In this document: positions 1-10,254 of the stretch, in pieces
Layout of the letters: each line of letters begins with the position of its first letter
Position numbering within the stretch: position 1 is the stretch's first letter
Assembly (NCBI GenBank): GCA_963675745.2
Contig: CAXXWX010000010.1
Span: 126,563 to 190,562, forward strand
From: Phycisphaerae bacterium
GTDB taxonomy: Bacteria; Planctomycetota; Phycisphaerae; UBA1845; Fen-1342
DNA: 64,000 bases
Direction: 5' to 3'
Program-made: the position numbers and the translations under genes
Notes under the pieces: model-generated
What the model was told of the DNA's origin: nothing
The model's database searches: none
Seen by the model: the letters and a program-made list of their open reading frames with translations, nothing else

Positions 1-1882
1 GCCGGCCCATCACCCAGCGCTGCCGCGCATCGATCGGTTTATCGGTGCGCGGATTCGCGTCGAGTTCTCGAAGCGCCTCGTCGACTTCCGTTTGGACCAC
101 CTTGTCGTTGACCGGCTCACAGGTAAGCGCGCTGGTGACTTCGGCGACGCGCGCCACGGGGAACTGCGCTGCCTCACTGTCGCTCAGCACTTGTTCGATC
201 ACCAGCGTAACGCCATCGCGGGTTATCCGTCCGTCTGCATGCGCCCGAAACGCCTCATACAGGCACTCGTCACATAGCCGTTGCGGTCGGAACCCGGCGC
301 GCCATAGCGCTTTCATGCGTTGCACGAGCACAACCGCCGCGAATGTGGGGTCTATCTTCAGCTCTTGCACCAGCCGATCAAACAGGCCGATGCGTGGCGA
401 GACCATCAGGGGCTGCAGTGTGTCATGGGGGACGCCCAGCCTGGCGAGCTCGGCCTCGCGCTCCCAGACATTCACGGGTAAGAGGGATCGGATCTGCTCG
501 AGCCTGGGACGCGTGATCTCCAATGGCGGCAGGTCGGTGTCTGGGTACATACGCTCGGCGCCGGGGAGCACGCGCTCGAATCCGGTTGTGCCGTCGGGTA
601 GCGCCTGGCGTGTATCATGCGGCACGCCTTCCGTCGCCTCGCGGGCCCTGATCACAATCTCTTCACACGCCGTCTCGGTGTCGTCACGATCGCCCCACAC
701 CAATACGAGCGCGTCGCCGGCCTTGGCCCTGGTTATGCGATACAGCTCTTTCCAATCGCGCGCCGTCAGGGCCTCGGTCGCCGTGTCTGAGTGCACGATA
801 TTGGGCATCTTCGACAGGCAAGCGACCACGCGCACGCGGTCGGCGAACTCCTTGGCAAAGGTCGTGTGCTCCTGCGTGGTCTCGTTGAGCAATCCCGCGA
901 AACCACGCAGCGCGACGCACATGACGCGCAGCCCGTCGGCAAGCGCCGCGCGGATCGGGTCATAGCGCACCTTTGTCACCGCGCGCGTGACCTCGTGTTT
1001 TGAGTACGCGAAGGAGTCCGGGGTAACTCCGCGTTGCCGCAACATCTCCCGGATGCGCAGCAGGGCGCATTGCCGCATGGCTTCGTTATAGGTCAGACGC
1101 GGGATGCGCCAGATCTGCGGCACGCCCTTGATCTCGACGCGCGTACCACCCCGCACGCTCACGTTGACATCCTCGCGCGCGGCGCCATACCCCGTGCGGA
1201 CTTTGCCCGTGCTGCGGGCCAGCATCCGCAGGATCTGGCAAACCTCGGCCGCCTCTTGCGGCGTGCGCATATCGGGGTCGGTCACGGTCTCGGTCAGCGG
1301 CATGCCCAGCCGGTCCGTCAACAGCACCCGATCGTGCCCGGTGTCGGAAACCTCGCGACAGGAATCCTCTTCGATCGAAAGCTGGGTGATACCGATGCGG
1401 CGGTCCTTGTAGGGAATCCACCCTCCGACGCCGATGATCGCCGTACGTTGAAAGCCAGTGGGGATCGATCCGTCCAGATACTGCTTGCGCGCGATGTGCA
1501 GTTCGCCGACGATATTCAATCGCAGCAGCAGCGACAGTTCGAGGGCGATATCGAGGGCGTGGTCGTTGATGAAGAATGGAGGTGTGTCGTCAAACTCGTA
1601 TGTGCAGACGGTTTCGCGGTGCAGGCGGTAATAGATGTTCTTCCGCGTCTTCTTCTCCATCAATGCCGTGCCGTCATACTCGCCGAGCTCGGATAGTGTC
1701 GGGCGCATGTGGCGCAGGATCTCGGCATCGTAATCGTTGCTGTAGTGGCCGGCGGGGCAACGGCAGAACAGCTTTGTGTTGGTCAGCAACTGCTGGTGGA
1801 TTTCGAGGCCACACTTGAATCCAAGGCCGGCGTAATCCTCTGCAGTCATCTCGTTGAACGGTTTCAAAGGCGGCTGCGTCAC
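1..1882 (-). CDS. gatE: Glu-tRNA(Gln) amidotransferase subunit E (archaeal-type GatE), 3' end runs off the window
   Basis: Not in the ORF track, apparently because its stop lies outside the window. Hand translation of the 5' ~270 codons from GTG 1882 (GGAGAG upstream): GFKCGLEIHQQL..KLFCRCP..RHMRPTLSELGEYD..ARKQYLDGSIPTGFQRT..IEEDSCR..DRLGMPLTE..STGKVRTGYGAAREDVNVSVRGGTRVEIKGV. The RPTxSELGE, DGSxxxGFQRT and DVNVSxxGGxRVEIKGV motifs fit GatE rather than GatB, as does the length of more than 620 codons. Confidence 0.88.
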   Translation of the reverse strand, partial: MTQPPLKPFNEMTAEDYAGLGFKCGLEIHQQLLTNTKLFCRCPAGHYSNDYDAEILRHMRPTLSELGEYDGTALMEKKTRKNIYYRLHRETVCTYEFDDTPPFFINDHALDIALELSLLLRLNIVGELHIARKQYLDGSIPTGFQRTAIIGVGGWIPYKDRRIGITQLSIEEDSCREVSDTGHDRVLLTDRLGMPLTETVTDPDMRTPQEAAEVCQILRMLARSTGKVRTGYGAAREDVNVSVRGGTRVEIKGVPQIWRIPRLTYNEAMRQCALLRIREMLRQRGVTPDSFAYSKHEVTRAVTKVRYDPIRAALADGLRVMCVALRGFAGLLNETTQEHTTFAKEFADRVRVVACLSKMPNIVHSDTATEALTARDWKELYRITRAKAGDALVLVWGDRDDTETACEEIVIRAREATEGVPHDTRQALPDGTTGFERVLPGAERMYPDTDLPPLEITRPRLEQIRSLLPVNVWEREAELARLGVPHDTLQPLMVSPRIGLFDRLVQELKIDPTFAAVVLVQRMKALWRAGFRPQRLCDECLYEAFRAHADGRITRDGVTLVIEQVLSDSEAAQFPVARVAEVTSALTCEPVNDKVVQTEVDEALRELDANPRTDKPIDARQRWVMGR

Positions 1883-2038
1883 GCGCTCTCTCCGATCCTG
1901 GCAGTCGAAACCCCCATGTTAGAATAGCCATCGGGGCCCCGCAACCTGCCAGATGCTCGACTCGCAGGCACCCGGCCGGGGCACGTCTGCGTGGGCGGAA
2001 GCCGCCGGCGGCGAGGAGACAAACGTGCGCACGGGAGG

Positions 2039-4354
2039 CTATTCCGGGGGGGATAGCCGGGAGATGCGTTCGACGGCATCCGCGTACCAGACTGGCGGCG
2101 GCGAGCCAGCCAAGTCTACCGCCCGGCGCAACGCACTGACCGCTCCCCCCTCGTCGCTGAGCTGTTCGCGCGCCAGACCCAGGTGATAGTGCGCGCCGGC
2201 GTGCTCCGGTGCGATGGCAACGGCTCGCCGTAGGTGCTCCAGAGCGTCACGCGGGCGGCCGCCCCAGCTTAGCACGCAGCCCAACGTATCCCGGAAATTC
2301 GCGTTATCGGGCTCAAGTGCTACCGCGTGTTCCGCGTGTCGCAGGGCCGCTTCAAGATTGTCGCCCAGCTCATAACAGGCCCAGGCGGCGTTGTTCATGG
2401 CAACCGCATCGTCCGGGTCGCGCCCAATCAACGTCGTGTATACGGTGAGGGCCTGAGCGTAATCGCCGCTGAGTTCCAGTATCTCGCCGAGTGCCAGCGC
2501 GTATTCACGGTTTGCGGGCGCGCTCCGGCAAGCCCGTCGGAGCAGCGGCAGGGTAACGTCCGGTGCATTGCCCCGACGCGAAAGGGCCAGCGCCAGATAG
2601 AAATTCGTGCCGGGGTCATTGGGATCCACCCGTCGTGCCCGCTCAAGCTGTTCCTCCGCTTGTGCGAGTTCATTCGCCCGCAGCGCGGCGACGCCCAGCC
2701 GCAGGGGTACCTGCAAGTCAAGCGGCGACGGCAGGCGCGCCGGGGCCAGTTGCTCCAGCACCCGGCTGATTTCACCCCGCGCGTCCGGCTTGGTCAGCAG
2801 GTGCAGGCTGAGTTGGATTGCGCGGCCATTACCCGGATCGGCGGCGAGCACGCCCCGCAGGAGCTGCGCAGCGCTCTGTGGATCATCGGACTCGATGGCC
2901 AGCCGCGCTCGGTCAATCTCGCGATGCAGCGCGACCATGTCCTTGGGGTCGGCCAACTCGCCGGCCGGCGGCACGCTCCGCGGCTCTCCGCCCACATACC
3001 CCAGGGCTTCGAGCTTGCGGCGCGTCTCATCATCGACGGCGAGCCGCTCGGCCGCCAGGGAGGGATAATCCAGCCTCGAATCGCGAATCAACGATAACTC
3101 ATCCCGCAACGCCGCGCTCCGCGCACTGCCCGGTTCGTACAGGTTGTTCGCTTCCAGCGGATCGGCATCGAGCGCGTAGCGCTCGGGACGTGGCGCCTCG
3201 ATGAACTTCTCGTTTCCGAGTAGCACGCCCGCAAGGGGGCTCCAGCCATACGCCTCCAGCGGCAACTGCGACTCGAAGTACAGGGCGCGCGCCGCAGCGC
3301 TGTTGGCATCTGCATCCGGCGTTTCTCGCGGCAGAACGCGGCCGCGCGTCTCGTGCGGCGGTGCGATGCCCAGCCACGCGAGAATCGAAGGGTATATATC
3401 GACGAGCGATACGGGTGTATCAATGATGCGGGCGCGGCTCGGCGCGTCGGAAGGAAACCGTACGATCAGCGGCACGTGCAGCGTGTCGTTATAGGTGAAT
3501 AGCCCGTGCGTCGGCTCACCGTGATTCCACAGGCCCTCGCCATGGTCCGCTGTGAAGACGATGAGCGTCTCGCGGCCAGTTTCCGCGTCGATCTCGCGGA
3601 CGCGCGCGAGCAGCCGCCGGAGTTGCTCGTCGGCGTAGGCGATTTCCGCGTCATAGGCCGCCGCCCGGCCCGGACTGCCCTTGTATCCCGGTGGTTCATA
3701 TGGTGCGTGCGGGTCGAAATAGTGTACCCAGAGGAAGTACGGCCGCGGCCCGGCGGTGGCGAGCCAGGTTACGGCGGCGTCGGTCACAACCTCGGCATTA
3801 CGTTCAACATAGAAAAACGAGGACTGTGCCGAGCCGGATGAAAAGTCCTCGTCATACGAATCAAAGCCCTGATCCAACCCGAATTTCGAGTGCAGCACGA
3901 ATGCGGCCACAATGGCGGCGGTGCTGTATCCCTCGGCTTGCAGCAGTTCCGCGAGTGTCGCCGCGCTGTCGTGCAGCCGACCCGCGCCGTTTATGCGCAG
4001 CGTGTGATCAAACGGATACAATCCGGTCATGATCGATGCGTGGGCCGGTAGAGTAAGCGGTACCGGGCTGTAGCAGCGCGAGTAGCGGATGCCTTCCTCG
4101 GCGAGTTGGTCTATGGTCCGCGTGCGGGTGTGCTCGTAGCCGTAACAGCCAATACGATCTGCACGCGTGGTGTCCAGGGTGATCAGCAGTACGTTCCAGC
4201 GCGGGGGCGCCGACTCGAGCGCTGTCCATATCTGCATGTGCGTAAGTACCGCGATGAGCAGCACGACCACGGCGAACACGGCCACGGCTCGCCACGACAA
4301 CTGTCGTCGCGGCCTTTCAGTTAACGGGCCATCCCGCGTCGTCGATGAGTTCAC
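2039..4354 (-). CDS. Sulfatase-like (alkaline phosphatase superfamily) domain plus C-terminal TPR repeats, membrane-anchored
   Basis: NVLLITLDTTRAD, PLTLPAHASIMTGLYP, HYFDPHAPY and TADHGEG motifs; TPR-like C-terminus; N-terminal TM helix; overlaps the upstream paralog's stop by 4 nt. Confidence 0.9.
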   Translation of the reverse strand: MNSSTTRDGPLTERPRRQLSWRAVAVFAVVVLLIAVLTHMQIWTALESAPPRWNVLLITLDTTRADRIGCYGYEHTRTRTIDQLAEEGIRYSRCYSPVPLTLPAHASIMTGLYPFDHTLRINGAGRLHDSAATLAELLQAEGYSTAAIVAAFVLHSKFGLDQGFDSYDEDFSSGSAQSSFFYVERNAEVVTDAAVTWLATAGPRPYFLWVHYFDPHAPYEPPGYKGSPGRAAAYDAEIAYADEQLRRLLARVREIDAETGRETLIVFTADHGEGLWNHGEPTHGLFTYNDTLHVPLIVRFPSDAPSRARIIDTPVSLVDIYPSILAWLGIAPPHETRGRVLPRETPDADANSAAARALYFESQLPLEAYGWSPLAGVLLGNEKFIEAPRPERYALDADPLEANNLYEPGSARSAALRDELSLIRDSRLDYPSLAAERLAVDDETRRKLEALGYVGGEPRSVPPAGELADPKDMVALHREIDRARLAIESDDPQSAAQLLRGVLAADPGNGRAIQLSLHLLTKPDARGEISRVLEQLAPARLPSPLDLQVPLRLGVAALRANELAQAEEQLERARRVDPNDPGTNFYLALALSRRGNAPDVTLPLLRRACRSAPANREYALALGEILELSGDYAQALTVYTTLIGRDPDDAVAMNNAAWACYELGDNLEAALRHAEHAVALEPDNANFRDTLGCVLSWGGRPRDALEHLRRAVAIAPEHAGAHYHLGLAREQLSDEGGAVSALRRAVDLAGSPPPVWYADAVERISRLSPPE

Positions 4355-7008
4355 GGTCGCTCCCCGGACTCGATCACGCCGAGCTGGAAACGCATCTGCC
4401 CCGCGTCCGCCTGGGTCGGGTCCAGTTCGAGGCTTGTTCGCAGGTGCGTCATCGCGGCCTGGGTCTGCCCCATATCCAGCAGCGCCGCACCCAGGTGCTT
4501 GTGCGCGAGCGCGTAATCAGGCTTGACGCGGACGGCACGACGCAACAGTGCGCAGGCATCCTCCACGCGGCCGTCGCGTAGGTAGTACGTGCCAACGTTT
4601 GTCAGCGCGATGGCGTTGCTGGGATTGACGCGGATCGCCTGCCGGAACCGGGCGATCGCGTCATCTTCGCGCCCCTGCATGAGATACAACTGGGCGAGGT
4701 TGACATACGGCAGATCCAGCCGGGGATTGCACTCAATCGCCTCTTCGTATTTCTCCTCGGCCAATTCGAGTTTTTCCTGGCGACGGTAGGTGAGCGCCAG
4801 GTTGTTTAGCGCATAGCCGAACCTGGGGTTCATCTCGAGGGCGCGTCCCAGCAGTGTCAGTGCATTATCGTATTCTCCCTCGTCGCTCAGGATGCCGCCG
4901 AGAGTCGCCAGGGCGCGCGCGTTTGCCGGCTGAAATCGGAGGGCGAGGCCCAATTCACGCTTGGCGTCTTCGTAGTTGCCTTCCTGAATCAGGATGCGCG
5001 CCAGGCCGTCGTGGGCGTCACCGTTCAAACCGTCGATTTCGATGGTCCGGCCGAACGCAGCGCGGGCCTGCTCGAAACGTGCGGCCTGGAAGTGAATCTC
5101 GCCGCGAAGGTTGCAGGCGTGTGGCCCGGCTGACCCTGGGTCGAGCTCGACCGCGCGTGCCAACAGCGCAAACGCCTCATCCTCGTTGTTCTGGTACCAG
5201 GCCAGGCGCCCCAGCAAGACGTAAACATCGCCGTGCTCGGGGTCCAGTTCCTGTACGCGTTTGGCCGTCTCGTGTGCCTTTTCCAGCCGGCCCAGGGTCA
5301 TGTACATGTTGGCCACCCCCATGTACAGCCCCGTGTCGTTTGGCGACAACTCCAGCGCGCGTAGAAACGTCTCGAGCGCCTTGTCGGGTTCGCCGTGTGC
5401 CGCGTAGGCACCACCCAGGATCTGCATGGCGAAAACGTCGCGCGGCACGGATTCAACACACGCGGTCAACTGTTTGATGGCGCCGGCGATGTCGCCGAGG
5501 TTGCGCATGGCGACGGCCTTCTGTACATCCTCCCAGTGGTAGATCATCTCTTTCGGGTCTGGGAGCTGCTCTAGGCTGTCCGCCGGTCCATCATCTGTCG
5601 GCGTCGAGGATACATAGCCCAGTGCTTCCAGGCGGCGGATGGCGTCCGGCTTAAGCTCGGCGTTCTGCGTGGCCCGCGCCGCCAGCCAGGGATCCTCGCC
5701 GACAAACGTAATCAACTCCGCGCGCAGGTCCATCGCCGGGTCGCTGTGCGACTCGTACAGGTTGTCGAGCTCATGCGGATCGGCGCGCAGGTCGTAAAGC
5801 TCCGGCTCTGGTGCCAGGATGAACTTGTAATCGTCACGCCTGACGCCCAGCAGCGGGGCCCACCCGTGCAGCGTCATGGTGGATAGGGTCTCGACATAGA
5901 CCGGGCGCGGCGTCGACGGGGCCGCCTGGAGCAGACTGCGGCCGTCGAGGTTGCCCGGGGGATGCACGCCCAGCATCTCGAGCAGCGTGGGCATCACGTC
6001 AACGAGCGACACCTGGCTTTGTAGCACCTTGCCGCCTGGAATGGCGCCGGGCGCGCTGAAGATCATGGGCACGTGCAGCGTGCCGTCGTAGATCAGCAGC
6101 GAGTGTGTCTGTTCGCCGTGCTCACCCAGTCCCTCGCCGTGATCGGCGGTAACGATGACCAGCGTGTGGTCGCGTATGCCGAGCTCGTCCAGGTAGCTCA
6201 GCAAATCGCCGATCTGAGAGTCAACATATGCGATCTCGCCGTCGTACAGGTTCTGGCTGTACTTGCTGCGAAACGGCTCGGGCGGGAGATATGTGGCGTG
6301 CGGATCAAAGAAGTGCGCCCAGTAGAAAAAGCGTTGATTGGCGTTGTCCTTCAGCCAGGCCTTGACCGCCACGTTGGTCAGCTCGGCCGGGCGCTCCCGG
6401 AACATCTGCGGCGCGTGCTTGACCCCCATGGTCAGGTCGTCGTGATACTCATCAAACCCCTGGTTGGTGCCGAACTGTCCATCGAGCACGAAGGCCGAGA
6501 TTGCCGCCCCCGTACGATAGCCCTGTTCCTTGAGCACCTCGGCCAACGTGACGTTCTTCTCGTCGAGCTTGAATGTCCCGTTGGCCCGCGCGCCGTGGTT
6601 GAACGGATAGAGCCCGGTCAGTAGTGAGGAATGTCCGGGCAACGTGGCCGGAGATGGCGTTACGGCCTGGGCACACAGCACGCCGCTACGGGCCAACTCG
6701 TCGAGCACCGGCGTCTCGATGCCGCGGTTGCCATAGCACGCCAGGTGGTCGGCGCGCGTGGTGTCGGTCGTGATGAGCAGGACGTTCCAGCCGCGCAACG
6801 CGGCCGGCTCCAGTTCGATCCGCTCGCAGGCAACGAGTTCGGGCATGATCTCGCCGGTGATCGCACCGCTCCCCACATCAATCCAGCGGAACCAGGACAT
6901 GCGCAGCGCGCCGAAGAGAAAGAGAATGATCGCCACGGCATAGATGAGATACTGTGACCAGCGAGAGTGGCGGGGGTGCTTGGTGGACGCGTCGACTTTC
7001 TTCTTCAC
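4351..7008 (-). CDS. Sulfatase-like domain plus TPR repeats (paralog of 2039..4354)
   Basis: NVLLITTDTTRAD, PATLPGHSSLLTGLYP, HFFDPHATY and TADHGEG motifs; long TPR array; N-terminal TM segment. Confidence 0.9.
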   Translation of the reverse strand: MKKKVDASTKHPRHSRWSQYLIYAVAIILFLFGALRMSWFRWIDVGSGAITGEIMPELVACERIELEPAALRGWNVLLITTDTTRADHLACYGNRGIETPVLDELARSGVLCAQAVTPSPATLPGHSSLLTGLYPFNHGARANGTFKLDEKNVTLAEVLKEQGYRTGAAISAFVLDGQFGTNQGFDEYHDDLTMGVKHAPQMFRERPAELTNVAVKAWLKDNANQRFFYWAHFFDPHATYLPPEPFRSKYSQNLYDGEIAYVDSQIGDLLSYLDELGIRDHTLVIVTADHGEGLGEHGEQTHSLLIYDGTLHVPMIFSAPGAIPGGKVLQSQVSLVDVMPTLLEMLGVHPPGNLDGRSLLQAAPSTPRPVYVETLSTMTLHGWAPLLGVRRDDYKFILAPEPELYDLRADPHELDNLYESHSDPAMDLRAELITFVGEDPWLAARATQNAELKPDAIRRLEALGYVSSTPTDDGPADSLEQLPDPKEMIYHWEDVQKAVAMRNLGDIAGAIKQLTACVESVPRDVFAMQILGGAYAAHGEPDKALETFLRALELSPNDTGLYMGVANMYMTLGRLEKAHETAKRVQELDPEHGDVYVLLGRLAWYQNNEDEAFALLARAVELDPGSAGPHACNLRGEIHFQAARFEQARAAFGRTIEIDGLNGDAHDGLARILIQEGNYEDAKRELGLALRFQPANARALATLGGILSDEGEYDNALTLLGRALEMNPRFGYALNNLALTYRRQEKLELAEEKYEEAIECNPRLDLPYVNLAQLYLMQGREDDAIARFRQAIRVNPSNAIALTNVGTYYLRDGRVEDACALLRRAVRVKPDYALAHKHLGAALLDMGQTQAAMTHLRTSLELDPTQADAGQMRFQLGVIESGERP

Positions 7009-7124
7009 TGAAGCCGCCTCCCGTCAATTGGAGCAAAGCCGGAGGCTCGCACAGCCTGGCACGCGAGCCCTCGCCCGCCCCATGCCTCCGTGTCATGCCG
7101 CCGCCACCACACCCCAAAGTGAGT

Positions 7125-7156
7125 CCGGCGACGTTACCTGGTGGCAACGTCGCCGG
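7125..7156 (-). terminator. Hairpin downstream of the PEP-CTERM gene, possible terminator
   Basis: Perfect 11-bp inverted repeat CCGGCGACGTT / AACGTCGCCGG with a 10-nt loop; only a weak U-tract follows. Confidence 0.4.
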
Positions 7157-7201
7157 TTGATGATACCCTCAAACACGTTTTGTTGAACGTGTCGGTGCTA
7201 C

Positions 7202-7984
7202 TCAGGCGCGCCGACGGGCGTAGATCAGGCCGCCCACGCCCAACAGCATGCACGCGGCCGCCGCGGGCTCGGGCACGTGTTCGATCCCGACGCCGGCTAC
7301 GTTGTTGATCCAGTTGTTGGTGGCCACAAACGCGCTGGCGGGAATGAACGTGGTTCCGTCGGCGGGATTGTGGAACCAACGGCCCTGACCGGGATACGCC
7401 CAATCGATGCCGTTGACTGTCTTGTAGAAGTAGTCGCTGGCGGCGATGTTGTACGACGCCGACTCGACGATGTGCAGAATCTGCCAGACACTCGCTGTGA
7501 TGTCGATGTCGCCGTTGTTTGCAATGGTCGTGTTCTTTGCATGGAAGTCCAGATTGAACAGCGGATACATCGAGCTCGAATTGACGTTAATCCCTGACGC
7601 GGCGGCCCCGGGCACCCAGACCGCCAGCGGAAAGACCACTTGCCAGTCACTCTGACTGCCGGGGAACTCCCAACTGTCATACAGCCCCGTCGTGTCCGGC
7701 ACCTCCAGCTTGTTGTGCGGACCTGCTGGCGAGACAATGACTTGGCTCAACTCGTGGCTGTCATACTGCAAATCAAACAGCATGCCCGCGTAGTTGGTAA
7801 ACGCGTAAGTAACGTGCATACCCCAGGTCGTTGTGTACCAGTCCGAATCCTGTAGCGGGGGGGTGTACACATCGTCAAACGAGTCGATGCCGTCATAGCC
7901 TCCCACCGGACCGGTCGAGTCCGCCAACACGGGTAACGCGCAAAGCGTCCCGGCGGCGAGCACGACAATGAACTTCTTCAACAT
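7202..7984 (-). CDS. PEP-CTERM sorting-domain surface protein
   Basis: C-terminal VPEP, TM helix and RRR tail; signal peptide MLKKFIVVLAAG; AGGAGG RBS before ATG 7984. Confidence 0.88.
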   Translation of the reverse strand: MLKKFIVVLAAGTLCALPVLADSTGPVGGYDGIDSFDDVYTPPLQDSDWYTTTWGMHVTYAFTNYAGMLFDLQYDSHELSQVIVSPAGPHNKLEVPDTTGLYDSWEFPGSQSDWQVVFPLAVWVPGAAASGINVNSSSMYPLFNLDFHAKNTTIANNGDIDITASVWQILHIVESASYNIAASDYFYKTVNGIDWAYPGQGRWFHNPADGTTFIPASAFVATNNWINNVAGVGIEHVPEPAAAACMLLGVGGLIYARRRA

Positions 7985-8476
7985 GATATCATCTCCTCCT
8001 TGCGCCTGACTCCAGACCGGCCCGAACACGACTGCCACAATGCCTGGATTCTCAGGCAACTCAGGATCTGTCACCCCCGTAACGCCCCGCCGGTTACCTA
8101 CCTCCTTCCTGGCCGACGCTTGGATTTCCCTCGTTCCGGTTTACGTCAGTACATGTGTCGCTCTGGAGCAAGCCCTCGGCCCCCGCATTGGCCCTGCACA
8201 ACTGCTGACTGGTCACAACGCCGATGTGTTACGTCTTGCGGCACTCACATCTGCGTCGGGGGCACGCTCCGCCTCCATTGCGATGGTCGCGCGCGGGGGG
8301 ACTGCAGGTCAATAGGTATAATTCGAGCGCCGATACAGAAAGTGTCCAGGGTTTGCGATAGCACGAGTCGCGGTCTGTTATGTCGAGTCACACCAAGGGC
8401 GTACGCGCGGTTGGATTGCTGTGCGATGCCGGACGCCATTACGCGTTTCCGCCGCCTGCGCCTCGGCCACGGCCCG

Positions 8477-10114
8477 CTACGGGGCGCGATACAGAATCAG
8501 GTGTGATTCGGTCTTATGAAACGGAGCCCACGTCTTGCCGCGCCCTTCGTTGATATACGGGTCAAGCGTGTACTCAATCTTCAGCTCGCGCCGATCATCG
8601 ATCAGCCGCGTGACTTCAACTTCCCATGGGCGGACCACGTCGCCGGGTGCCCAACCGGCGCGATCATACTTCCACGTGCCGCCTTGTGGCCGGCAGGGGT
8701 TCAGATAGTTGTCCGTCTTCCACAACACATTCTGGTGCGCCTCGCCGTTGACTGTCAGCGTGCGTCCGAGTGGCATGAATTCGCCGGCGTTGTTCGAGTT
8801 TGGAAACATCCCGTGGCCGGTGACCACTGAGCGGACCTTGGCAAACGCGGCCTGCTCATCGAGCGGCACGACCCGCGGGGTGTAAAACTCCTCGACCGGT
8901 TTGTCGGGATTGCCAATCTCGGGGCTGCCTGACCAGAGGTTGACGATCTTGTACGCCAGCCGGTCGGTCTTGCCTGGATAGAAGTCGAACTTGACGGTGA
9001 CGACCCACCCTTCTCCCTGCGTGCCGCAGGATTGCTCGATGCGCCGCTTGCCGCGCAGCAGCGGTCGGAAATCGGTCACGTCCATCATCCACTCGTGTCC
9101 GCGGTGGTACGGCGTGATATAGCGCAGGATCTCGAAACGCTCGCCGTCGTCGGCGTAGGCATTGATCTCCGCCAGCCGATCCCACGGGTCGAAACGCGTC
9201 TCCGGTTTGTCAAGCCGCAGCGTGCAGATGATGCGGGCGAAGCGATCCGTGTTCTCGGGGAACTCGACAGTCGCTTCGTTCTTGGCGTGTTTCGCATCAT
9301 TCAACTGGTGGTCTATTGCCACAACCGAAAGCGGTGGCTCGGGCGTTGGAATCGGTTCGCTGCATTGGATGCGCAGGTCGTCGATCAACACATCCCCCGC
9401 AGTGTCCCCGTTGCGCCCTCCAAAGGCGGGGCGCCCGACGTACGCAGTCATCGAGGGAATGAAATACCGCTCAAAGACGGGCGTGGCATCGATCCGGATG
9501 GTGACCTCGGCGCCGCCGGTCACGAACTCGACGCGCACTGCGACATCGTGAGGCTTCTCGTCGCGGAAGTCCATCGGCGTGGTGCGCTTGACAATCTCCA
9601 TGCCGTTCCAGTGCAGTGAAACTTCGTGTTGCGGGCGATCGTAGGCATTCCCGGAGCCGCGAAAGGGGTCGCGATTGGGTGGGTTGGAGGCATCGAAACC
9701 AACGGCGAACGAGGCCGGAATGCCTGGCGCCTCCCATTGCTCGACGGCGGGGGCTTCGCCGCTTGGGCCGTGCTCCGCAACGTTGAGCCAGGCGAAGCCG
9801 GCGCCTTCCGTGCCGGTATTCATGGTCATCTTCCACGACACTTCGACAATGCGCACGGTTGTCTCGGTCGGGGCGGGAAAAGCCGCCGACGTGTTGAATT
9901 TCCACCAGGATTCCAGCAGGTAAAGCTGCCCGTCGGCGATCTTGGGTTTGGAGTCGTGGCGTGTGCCTTCGCCGGTGGCGGTTATGGAAAACGGCAGCGG
10001 TTCTTCGGGCGCGTCGAAACGGTATTCGGTGGTGGTCTCAGGAGCCGCGCCGATCGCTTGTGTCGCCGTCAAGCATAAGACCACTACCGACAGACAGATC
10101 ACTCTGATGATCAT
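8477..10114 (-). CDS. Secreted peptide-N-glycosidase F (PNGase F)-family protein with an N-terminal lectin-like beta-sandwich
   Basis: DPWDR, FEILRYITPY, DVTDFRPLL, VTGHG, AGEF and NPCRPQGGTWKYDRAGWAPG motifs; signal peptide from ATG 10114. Confidence 0.8.
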   Translation of the reverse strand: MIIRVICLSVVVLCLTATQAIGAAPETTTEYRFDAPEEPLPFSITATGEGTRHDSKPKIADGQLYLLESWWKFNTSAAFPAPTETTVRIVEVSWKMTMNTGTEGAGFAWLNVAEHGPSGEAPAVEQWEAPGIPASFAVGFDASNPPNRDPFRGSGNAYDRPQHEVSLHWNGMEIVKRTTPMDFRDEKPHDVAVRVEFVTGGAEVTIRIDATPVFERYFIPSMTAYVGRPAFGGRNGDTAGDVLIDDLRIQCSEPIPTPEPPLSVVAIDHQLNDAKHAKNEATVEFPENTDRFARIICTLRLDKPETRFDPWDRLAEINAYADDGERFEILRYITPYHRGHEWMMDVTDFRPLLRGKRRIEQSCGTQGEGWVVTVKFDFYPGKTDRLAYKIVNLWSGSPEIGNPDKPVEEFYTPRVVPLDEQAAFAKVRSVVTGHGMFPNSNNAGEFMPLGRTLTVNGEAHQNVLWKTDNYLNPCRPQGGTWKYDRAGWAPGDVVRPWEVEVTRLIDDRRELKIEYTLDPYINEGRGKTWAPFHKTESHLILYRAP

Positions 10115-10254
10115 CGCGCTATCCTCGCCATGCGCCAGGTTCATGTGAACGCCGTTGCGCAAGAGTACGGCTGTTCGGACAACGCTGCCAGCGTGGCGGT
10201 GCAAAAGGGACAGCAGCGGCTTTCATGACGGGTTGCCAGGGGGGGGAGATTGCG

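Noticed and set aside
45..1696. Plus-strand ORFs 45..965 and 1034..1696
   Set aside because: Antisense shadows of gatE on the minus strand, with no motifs of their own.
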